38,966 bases of DNA from Methanosarcinaceae archaeon (GTDB lineage: Archaea > Halobacteriota > Methanosarcinia > Methanosarcinales > Methanosarcinaceae). Below the pieces are notes generated by a model. The model saw nothing but the letters and a program-made list of their open reading frames with translations. It had not been told where the DNA came from and ran no database searches. The stretch spans positions 1 to 38,966 of the forward strand of contig JAQUFK010000001.1 of the NCBI GenBank assembly GCA_028684695.1. Direction: 5' to 3'. Both the position numbers and the translations under genes were made by a program. Of this stretch, positions 28,252-36,010 are shown piece after piece (position 1 is the first letter of the stretch; every line of letters begins with the position of its first letter).

Positions 28252-29840
28252 TCAGGTTTTTTCCAGATACACTCCTTCAAGGTTCAACCAGGGATCTTCA
28301 GAGGAAATGGTATACCCTTTAACCCAGGAGTTTGCAGCTACGATTTTTTCTTCATGAACCAGGTAAAAGGCAGGAACTTCTTCGATTACAAAATCCTGCA
28401 AAGCATAGTAAAAGTTCCGTTGTTTTTCCTCATCCGCAGTCCTGTCAGCTGAATCTACCAGTTTATCGTAGCTTTCGTTTTTGTAGTGCGAATTGGGAGA
28501 GGCTGAATGATGCAGGAAGAAATGCTTTGGATATGGCCCCCAAACAAAGTAGCCGGTGCGAAGAATCATGTCAAAGTTTCCGGCATTTTCAAGCTGAGTA
28601 ATAGCCCCTCCTTCCAAGGTTTGAATTTCCGTCTCAATTCCAATTTCCGCAAGTTCAGCTTGAATTGCCTGAGCCATGGGCTGATGTCGGGCTGCCCAAA
28701 CTCCTTTGCTTACCAAAAGTGATACCTGTAGAGGGGTTCCGTCCTTTTCGAGAATTCCGTCTCCATCCGAATCTATCCACCCAGCTTCCAAGAGCAGAGT
28801 CTTTGCCTTTTCTAGATTAGGAGAATATGTTTCAAGGGCTGGGTTAGAGTACATCATTACAGGAGAATAGGGTCTGCCTTTTGCGGCTTTTCCAATGCCT
28901 TCTAGAATCTCTAAACTAATCAGCTCAGTATCTATTGCAAAGGCAACACTTTGCCTGATTTCCTTTTCATTGAAAGGAGCTTTTTTGCAATTAAATTGCA
29001 AAAAGTCGGTGAAGGTAGTAAGTTTTCTATAAACGTCAATACCTTCTTTTTCCTCAAGCCTTGAGACCTCGTATTCCGGAACTTTGAGGATTAGGTCCAC
29101 TTCCCCGGTTTCAAGGGCCATAACCCTTGTGGAAGCTTCGGGAATCACTTTAAAGATGATTTTTTCAAGGCTAGGAGTTTGCCCATGATAGGCTTCATTG
29201 CGCAAAAGAACGATTTTTTGATCTTTGAGCTGGTTTTCGAATTTGAAAGGCCCGGTTCCAACAGGTTTTTCAAAATTTCCTTCAGGATCAAGGCAACTTG
29301 GCCCCATGATTGGCCAGGCGACGTGAGTCAGGTAAGATGGCAAAGGCATGGGTTTTTTCAGCACGAACTTGACAGTCAGAGGCCCTAGGGCTTCTACACT
29401 CTCAATGGGGCGGAGCACAGCTTGCCTTACATAGGCCTGCTTGTTATAGGAAAAAACAACCGCCTCCGCTTCAAATGGAGTTCCGTCATGGAACTGGACT
29501 CCTTTCTTAAGATGGAAAATCCAAGTTTTGCCATCGTCAGGTGTTTCCCAGGATTCGGCAAGCCCTGGTACAATTTGCATGTCCGGATCAAGCCTTACAA
29601 GCGTTTCATAAACCTGAGACCAGACAAAACGGCCGTCTCCATCAGGGAATTTATCTAGGTACCAGTTGTTGACATCTGTGCTAATTCCTACAGTCAGAGT
29701 TTGAGAAGAAATATCGCTATCTGCACCTTCTGCGCTTCCATCCTTGTTGGCTCCAATACAGGCACTGGCACTGATTATGGCCAGCAGCAGGCAAAATGTT
29801 ATACAGAGTTTGAGTTTTTTATGCGTGTAAAAACCCCCAT
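28252..29840 (-). CDS. family-5 (peptide/nickel/opine) ABC substrate-binding lipoprotein; start region anomalous
   Basis: The track ORF is 28252-29580. The frame stays open up to 29841 and encodes HKKLKLCITFCLLLAIISASAC (lipobox) with no in-frame ATG, GTG or TTG. The ATG at 29838-29840 is one frame off and would join at the A6 run (29815-29820). The alternative start is the ACG at 29824-29826. Confidence 0.85.
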
Positions 29841-30186
29841 TTCAAAGCCTGGGTTTTATGTATAAGTTCTTCTATATTCGAACGGTTTATATTTATTAGG
29901 AATTTAATTCGGGAATTGTATGAATTTTCAAAACTATTGTAATATTCGATTTGATAAAAACGTTTTGATATTTTACTAGCCTTTTAAGATAGGGAAGGGT
30001 TTTTTGAGATTTTTAAAGTTCGAAAAAATAAAAAAAGAAGATGAGCTAAAAATGCTTAAACGAAATTCGAACTTAATCAAAACGAGCAGGAAATCTTAAA
30101 ACTGATTAAAGAAAGCAGTTTAAAAAAGGGTTGTAAGCTTAAAAAATGTAGAAGCTCAGGAAAAAGAAGCTAAATTAGCTAAGCTC

Positions 30187-30372
30187 TTAGAAACCCGCAT
30201 CAACATAATCAACAGGTCTTTTGAAAACAGCTCTTCTTATTCCGTTTTCATCCATTTCATCTGCAAACTTGATCAGTTCCCAGCCTTCAATTCCCAGGTT
30301 ATTGAGGTCCTCTTTTGTTTTCGACAGATCACTGAATCTAAGGGCTTTTATATCATATTCCCAGACATTCAT
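30187..30372 (-). CDS. DUF4177-like small protein (61 aa)
   Basis: The sequence MNVWEYD...LNNLGIEGWELI...AVFKRP is a paralogue of the ORF at 38621-38788. Confidence 0.65.
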   Translation of the reverse strand: MNVWEYDIKALRFSDLSKTKEDLNNLGIEGWELIKFADEMDENGIRRAVFKRPVDYVDAGF

Positions 30373-30643
30373 TCACCAGCATCTCCAGTAAAATTGGGTA
30401 ATATTATTCTATATATTAACAGAGGATACCTGCTATATGTAACTTTTTAAAAATCGAATTTGTATAAGAATCAAGTATATTTGATCTCGAAGCTCAGTCT
30501 AAGAGTTTAAACCCCTAAACGGAGAACTAATCCCAAGTAAGAATAAATTATATAATGTATGAAAAAATTGCTCCCCTCTTTTTTTAAATGTAGAGAAGAG
30601 ATTCTCGCTTGCTCTTTCAAAAAATCTAAACTAGGTTAGGAGA

Positions 30644-30699
30644 GTAAGTGAACTACCCCTGAGCTGAAGACTCAGGGGTTTTAACGCTGAGTTCTATAA
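30644..30699 (+). repeat. REP/MITE-like element, copy E2 (8-bp-stem hairpin at 30656-30678)
   Basis: The sequence is gtaagtgaactaCCCCTGAGctgaagaCTCAGGGGttttaacgctgagttctataa. An inverted copy lies at 38845-38910. Confidence 0.65.
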
Positions 30700-30816
30700 A
30701 AGGTTCCGCGCTCAGAAGTATTTTCACGGAGAGCAGCGTATATTTATATATTGCATCTATTATAAAATTAGTGTTAAATCCAATTTCCTTTAAAATTCTT
30801 ATCATTCCAAGGACTT

Positions 30817-30890
30817 AAGGTTTTAAGGTTTTAAGGTTTTAAGGTTTTAAGGTTTAAGATTTAAGATTTAAGATTGAAGTTTTAAGATTG
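30817..30890. repeat. compound microsatellite: (aaggtttt)x4, a 7-nt transition unit aaggttt, then (aagattt)x3 degenerating
   Basis: Read directly: aaggttttaaggttttaaggttttaaggttttaaggtttaagatttaagatttaagattgaagttttaagattg. Confidence 0.9.
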
Positions 30891-30920
30891 AAAAACCAAT
30901 AAGAGCTCATAAACTCCAGT

Positions 30921-33302
30921 GTGTTCGCCATGCCAAAGAAAAACAACGCTTTTAGATCAATAGCCTCAAACAGGTTTCAATGTAAACAAGCCTCAGGGAA
31001 CTTGCAAAAATCATCGAAAGAAGGGAAAAATAGCGGCTCCTGCTCAATTAAAAACTCAAACTGCGAGCACAGCAGCCGTTTTGGGGACTCCTTTTCTAAA
31101 AGGAAGCACAATCTTTCCGGAAAAAGCAGTCAAAAAAAGACCCGCAATAGTTGCAGCCACAGTAGTTCTAACCCTAATTCTCGCAACTACAAAAATCGCA
31201 ACTACAAAAGTCGTACCCCCAATGCTTGCAAGCATAAGGCTTCAGGCAAACAAAATCCCTCCCACAGACTCGAATACGAGGATAACCTTATATTCTGGTG
31301 CAAAACTTGCAATCTTCCTCTTATAGGAAAAGAATGTGGCCTTTGCGGAAAACCTGGGGAGAGGCTTTACCTTTCCCAGCCAGCCGATGTCAGGTTCTGT
31401 TCTCCTTATGAACGAAAGATCTTAGCCCAGGAACTTATGTCCAATTTCGGCTGCGAGCCTTTGGGAAAACGCATAGTTCTCCTTAATAAAATACCAGGAG
31501 AAGATAAAACTGACGAAGTTCTGGTAGATGGGTTTGTTTTTGGAATTTTGCGCTTTGAACTTGCAAAGCTGGATTATACCTTTGAGCCCTCTCTTGCAGG
31601 AGCTCAAATCCTGCTTGAGCAGACCGAAAAGAAACGGGTTTGTCTTGGGAAAACAAAGAAGCATCTGAATGGCAAAAACATCGGTCCAGAGCTTATAAAT
31701 TCCTTTTCTTCGGACATAAAGAAAGGGGATTATGTGCTTGTTTCTGCAGGCCGGTTAAAAGGCTACGGTGTATCTTATATTGAGGCTTTGGATTTTGGCT
31801 CAAAAAAAGAGTTGGGTCTTCCTGAAAAAATTCTTAGGATTAGAAAAATTGAAAGCGGAAAGTCCACTCTTGCTTCCAAAACCCCGGATCTTCAAGCTTG
31901 TATTGAAGCAAATCGGAAACAGCTTCAGACCCTTGGGAAAAATGCTATCAATACAATTCGGGGAATCGCAAATCAAAAAGAGCACAGAAAACTTCCGGTT
32001 TATGTCTCTTTCAGTGGAGGAAAAGATAGCCTTGTGGCCTTAGACTTGACAAAAGCCGCTCTGAAGCAGAGAAAATTTAAGGCTTTTTTCCTGAATACGG
32101 GGCTTGAGTTTCCAGAAACTCTTGATTTTGCACGAAAATTCTGTAGGAAAAGCGAGGTTTCCTATGAAGAGAAGGATGCAGGAGGCGCTTTCTGGGCTAA
32201 TGTTGAAAAATTTGGGCCTCCTGCAAAAGACTTTAGGTGGTGCTGTAAGGTCTGTAAACTGGCTTCAGCAGGCAATTTTGAAGAGGAAGGGAAGGAAAAG
32301 GATAGAGATATAAAAAGGGGACGGGAGGAAGAAAAGGAGAGGAATAAAGAAAAGGGAAAGGAAGGGAAAAATTCAAACATTAGACACAAAAACGAAAATC
32401 CGAACGGAATTTCTTACCTGACCATTGACGGGAAAAGAAAGCACGAATCCTTTTCAAGAGCCGGAATTGCGGCTAGTGAAAAAAATCCTTTTGTGCCTTC
32501 CCAGCTCAATATCTTTCCTCTTCGGGATTGGCGGGCTCTTGAAGTCTGGCTCTATATTCACTGGCGAAAACTTCCCTATAACCCTCTCTATGACCAGGGG
32601 TTTGAAAGAGTGGGATGCTGGCTTTGTCCTGCGGCTCTGGCTGCGGAATACGAGCGAGTAAAAGTGCTTCATCCTGCAATGTATGCAAAATGGAATACTT
32701 TTCTTCTGAAATGGGCAAAAAAGCAAGGGCTTTCGGATAAATTTATTGAATATGGCTTCTGGCGCTGGAAAGAGCTTCCCCCAAAAATGCTCAAACTTGC
32801 AAAAGAACTTGGAATTAATGTCCGCCCTGAAGTTTCTGAAGAAGAGTTCGAGCTTGAGGTCACAGGTGGAATTTCCCCCTGCAAAGCTGGAGGCTTCAGC
32901 GTGGAGGCTGGACTCAAGGGAATCCGGGTTGCAGAGGCTACTGAATTTCTGAATATAGTAGGCAAATGCATTTTCTCTGAAGAATTGGGAATGCTGCTCG
33001 TAAAGACCGATAAGGGTACAGCCAAATTTTTCTCAAATGGAAATCTGCTGGTAAGTTCAGAGACAAAAGAAAAAGCCTTGGGTCTTTTTAGGGAGATTGC
33101 AAAACAGCTTCTAAGATTCTCCCGCTGCACAAGTTGCGGGATCTGTGTAAAAACCTGCCCTGTGGGAGCAATTTCGCTTGAGGCACAAGGAGTGCACATT
33201 ATGGATAACTGCATAAGGTGTGGAAAATGTACGGAATCCTGCGTCGTGACGAAGTATTTTGATAAGCTTCTTCCAAATCTGGATGAAAAATTACAAATTT
33301 GA
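30921..33302 (+). CDS. multidomain PP-loop ATP pyrophosphatase (PAPS-reductase-like) with Zn-ribbon, PUA-like region and C-terminal 2x[4Fe-4S] ferredoxin domain
   Basis: Motifs are FWCKTCNLPLIGKECGLCG, the PP-loop VSFSGGKDSL, RWCCKVCK, and CTSCGICVKTCP/CIRCGKCTESC. The first roughly 120 codons are S/K/N-rich low complexity, so the true start is uncertain (GTG at 30921, ATG at 30930 or ATA at 31290). Confidence 0.8.
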   Translation: MFAMPKKNNAFRSIASNRFQCKQASGNLQKSSKEGKNSGSCSIKNSNCEHSSRFGDSFSKRKHNLSGKSSQKKTRNSCSHSSSNPNSRNYKNRNYKSRTPNACKHKASGKQNPSHRLEYEDNLIFWCKTCNLPLIGKECGLCGKPGERLYLSQPADVRFCSPYERKILAQELMSNFGCEPLGKRIVLLNKIPGEDKTDEVLVDGFVFGILRFELAKLDYTFEPSLAGAQILLEQTEKKRVCLGKTKKHLNGKNIGPELINSFSSDIKKGDYVLVSAGRLKGYGVSYIEALDFGSKKELGLPEKILRIRKIESGKSTLASKTPDLQACIEANRKQLQTLGKNAINTIRGIANQKEHRKLPVYVSFSGGKDSLVALDLTKAALKQRKFKAFFLNTGLEFPETLDFARKFCRKSEVSYEEKDAGGAFWANVEKFGPPAKDFRWCCKVCKLASAGNFEEEGKEKDRDIKRGREEEKERNKEKGKEGKNSNIRHKNENPNGISYLTIDGKRKHESFSRAGIAASEKNPFVPSQLNIFPLRDWRALEVWLYIHWRKLPYNPLYDQGFERVGCWLCPAALAAEYERVKVLHPAMYAKWNTFLLKWAKKQGLSDKFIEYGFWRWKELPPKMLKLAKELGINVRPEVSEEEFELEVTGGISPCKAGGFSVEAGLKGIRVAEATEFLNIVGKCIFSEELGMLLVKTDKGTAKFFSNGNLLVSSETKEKALGLFREIAKQLLRFSRCTSCGICVKTCPVGAISLEAQGVHIMDNCIRCGKCTESCVVTKYFDKLLPNLDEKLQI

Positions 33303-33497
33303 AGCCTTTAATGAAGCCTCCAATAAGAAAATGAAAAGAGAATAAAACCCAAAATTTATTAAAATGCAATTCGAAAAAAGCAAAACGCATTAAAAAGACA
33401 AAACGTCTTAATAAAGCAAAAGAGTGGAAAAGGAAAGTAGCTTTTCTTATTTCCCTTTTCCTTTATTTTTTATTTTTTTATTGAGAAGTTTAAGCCC

Positions 33498-35018
33498 TCA
33501 GGCGCAGTGGATATACTTGTCTACAAGCGCCTTAATCTCTTCATTTTTGCCGTAGAGTTTTTCACTGAGCTGGTAGTCATCAAAAGCCTTGAGTTCGGCT
33601 GCGATCCCTTCGAGCATACCCTCGGTAAAGACATCATACTGCATGAAAATTGCTTTCTGAGCCATAAGAGCTTCTGCAGATTCCCAGCAGGAAGCAGGGA
33701 GATGATCAAGCTTTTCAAGCGTCTCCTTGTTCTTTTCATCAAAGATATTCTTGCTGCTTACATAGAGCTCTTCTGCACGTTCGAGGCCGTTTTCCATTTC
33801 AAGCCCATAGCGCGCACCTATACAGATGGCTGCAAGGAGGCCATAGATATCTGCAGAACCGTCAGCTGCACGGAACTCGTAGGTCTGCTTGCCAGAGTAG
33901 TCCTTGAGAGCTTCGGAATAGTTCGGATTTGCTTTTTTGATCATTGCACTGGCATCTCCAGACCAACCAAGCGGGACACGGATAAGAGCGGAACGGTTCC
34001 TATCTCCCCAGCAGATATTTGTTGGCGCTTCCTGGTGAGGCACAAGTCTGAGGTAGGAGGTGGGCACCTTGTTTCCAAAGGCGGTGATTCCTGAGGCAAC
34101 TTCAAGAACTCCTGCGATAACCTTCTTTGCAGGCTCCGAAAGCTTTCCGTTCTCGACCATAACAGGCTTGCCGTCTTTTGTAAGCTTCATGTGGATGTGA
34201 AGCCCGGTTCCAGCCTTTCCGACTGTGATCTTAGGCGCGTAGGTAATCCTGACCCCATACTGCTGGCCGATCATCCTGAGCATCCATTTTGCAATAATGA
34301 GCTGATCTGCAGAGGCCTCAATGTCAGTGGTCTCAAATTCGATTTCGTTCTGCTCATAGTAGTACTCATCATCTGAGAAGTTTCCGACTTCAGAGTGACC
34401 ATATTTGATAAGCCCTCCGGCCTGGGCAATTGCAAGTAAGGCATCCTTTCTGAGCTGGCCAAACTTGGTAAAGGGCCCGTCTTCATGATAGCCTCGCTGA
34501 TCTTCTGTGGGAAAACCAGTGTCAATTTCGTCCTTTTTACAGATAACGTAGTACTCAAGTTCCCCCATTGTCTGAAGGTCATACCCAGTTTTTTCGTTAA
34601 GGAGCCTGCGGGCTTTCCTCAAAACATTTGCAGGAGAGCTTGCAAGGGGCTGGCCGTCCTTGTCAAAGTAAGCGCAGAGAATGTCAAGAGTTGGGATTTC
34701 TTCAAAAGGATTTACAAAAGCGGTGCGGTATTTAGGTACAACATAAAGGTCGCTTGACCCGGCTTCAATATAGGAAAAAAGACTTGAGCCGTCCACTCTT
34801 TCTCCGGTGGAAAGGAGGGTGTCAAGGTGCTCTTCGCTGGTGATTACGAAATTGAGGGCCTTAAGCCTGCCATCTCCGCCAACATAGCGGAAGTTGATCA
34901 TCTTGATGCCGTTTTCCTTTACGTACTTGATGATGTCTTCTTTTGTGAATTCGTTTGCTGGCTTCTTGAGGTACTGTACCAGTTTATTTGGATTCAGATC
35001 GATAGCCGATGATTTCAT
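33498..35018 (-). CDS. glnA: glutamine synthetase family protein (506 aa, longer and more divergent than canonical GSI)
   Basis: A beta-grasp signature is present (DGSSLFSYIEAGSSDLYV), along with GTGLHIHM and WGDRNRSALIRVP. AAGGGA lies 6 nt before the ATG. Confidence 0.8.
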   Translation of the reverse strand: MKSSAIDLNPNKLVQYLKKPANEFTKEDIIKYVKENGIKMINFRYVGGDGRLKALNFVITSEEHLDTLLSTGERVDGSSLFSYIEAGSSDLYVVPKYRTAFVNPFEEIPTLDILCAYFDKDGQPLASSPANVLRKARRLLNEKTGYDLQTMGELEYYVICKKDEIDTGFPTEDQRGYHEDGPFTKFGQLRKDALLAIAQAGGLIKYGHSEVGNFSDDEYYYEQNEIEFETTDIEASADQLIIAKWMLRMIGQQYGVRITYAPKITVGKAGTGLHIHMKLTKDGKPVMVENGKLSEPAKKVIAGVLEVASGITAFGNKVPTSYLRLVPHQEAPTNICWGDRNRSALIRVPLGWSGDASAMIKKANPNYSEALKDYSGKQTYEFRAADGSADIYGLLAAICIGARYGLEMENGLERAEELYVSSKNIFDEKNKETLEKLDHLPASCWESAEALMAQKAIFMQYDVFTEGMLEGIAAELKAFDDYQLSEKLYGKNEEIKALVDKYIHCA

Positions 35019-35177
35019 TGTTTATCCCTTCGTAATAAGTTTAAATGTTACGGTATTTTATCCAATTTCAATAAGTTTGATTTTTAGAGGTACTTCCTCA
35101 GGCCCCTCAAAGGGTTCCCATGTTGGCCGTTTATCACCAATCATAGCCTGACAGGAAGTAGTTAACTGGCTGGCACC

Positions 35178-35185
35178 TATATAAA
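35178..35185 (-). promoter_or_regulatory. TATA box (TTTATATA) of the GS gene
   Basis: A consensus archaeal TATA on the coding strand lies 160 nt upstream of the ATG. It is preceded by the tandem CTTTGGAA repeats at 35202-35218. Confidence 0.5.
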
Positions 35186-35309
35186 GGTTCCGTAGCAGCT
35201 CTTCCAAAGATTCCAAAGCTTATTTCAAAAGCCTTAGAAAAAGGAAAAACAAGAAGATCATAAATGTACACACAAGTCTCAAAATTGCCATCGATATACA
35301 TCAAAAGTT

Positions 35310-35522
35310 CAAAGGGAATCCCAATATTTATATAATACAATTTCATAAAAAGAGTTGAGGGTAAGTTAATAGGAAAAGGGTCTTTTTTTCGTTAACCGAT
35401 TTGTGAAAAATCCCAACATGCAATACATTATCCCAACAATTCCAAAGTACGTAATCCCAACAAATTTCAACGTACAAAATCCCAACAGATATTTCCAACA
35501 AATTCCAACGGTTATCCCAATT
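35310..35522. promoter_or_regulatory. conserved upstream module, copy G, followed by an ATCCCAACA repeat array
   Basis: The 18-nt string at 35317-35334 is identical to 4503-4520, and atttgtgaa lies at 35399-35407. ATCCCAACA occurs at 35410, 35430, 35454 and 35479, with degenerate copies at 35492, 35502 and 35514. Confidence 0.55.
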
Positions 35523-35543
35523 CCCCTATTCCTTCCCTTACCC

Positions 35544-35587
35544 ACATAAAAAGCTAAAGCTCCTTACATAAAAAGCTAAAGCTCCTT
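35544..35587 (+). repeat. perfect 22-nt tandem duplication (acataaaaagctaaagctcctt x2) followed by a T-run
   Basis: Read directly from the sequence. Confidence 0.9.
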
Positions 35588-36010
35588 TTTTCTGCTATCC
35601 CCTATAATTTTATGGCACTGTTTTTTCCATATCCCTTTATTTTCCCATTTCGTTTTTCCCTACAATTATTTCCATTTTCCTTATTCTCAGAAACTCATTT
35701 TTGACTTCCTTACTATTAAAAAAATACAAAGTTATAAAAATAAACTTGTAAAGAATATCAATGCACTTAAGTATCATAATTTATAATTAAGGACCTTTTA
35801 CTGAATGAATTTAAGCTCGAAAGCTAAAGCTTTCAGGCAGCCTTTCTCAAAAAATCCAAATTATTTACGGATAATCTTTCTCAAAATATTCTTGGATTTT
35901 ATTGAATAGATTTGGCTCAACTTCCCTTGGTTCAACTTCCTTTAGATATTTTTGGATTTTCCCAATTCTCCGAATTTTCAAATTTCTGGTTATTCAAAGG
36001 ATTTGCTATC

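Noticed and set aside
29866-29883. Palindrome-like gttcttctatattcgaac between the putative TATA box and the SBP start, as a possible NikR-type or other operator
   Set aside because: Only 6 of 9 half-site positions are symmetric, which is too weak in AT-rich DNA to call without comparative data.
30644-30699. REP-like hairpin element as a tRNA fragment or integrase att site
   Set aside because: No cloverleaf or T-arm/acceptor features could be drawn, and there is no integrase or tRNA gene in the window.
30817-30890. Possible CRISPR array, given the regular short repeats
   Set aside because: The units are 7-8 nt and directly abutting, with no spacers, and no cas genes are nearby. It is a microsatellite, not a CRISPR array.
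35019-35220. NrpR-type operator (GGAA-N6-TTCC) at the GS promoter
   Set aside because: I checked every GGAA on the coding strand of this interval, and none is followed by TTCC after 6 nt.
35134-35346. 70-aa minus-strand ORF upstream of the GS gene
   Set aside because: It overlaps the predicted GS TATA box and leader as well as the shared upstream module. Its AT-rich composition and lack of an SD motif argue against coding.
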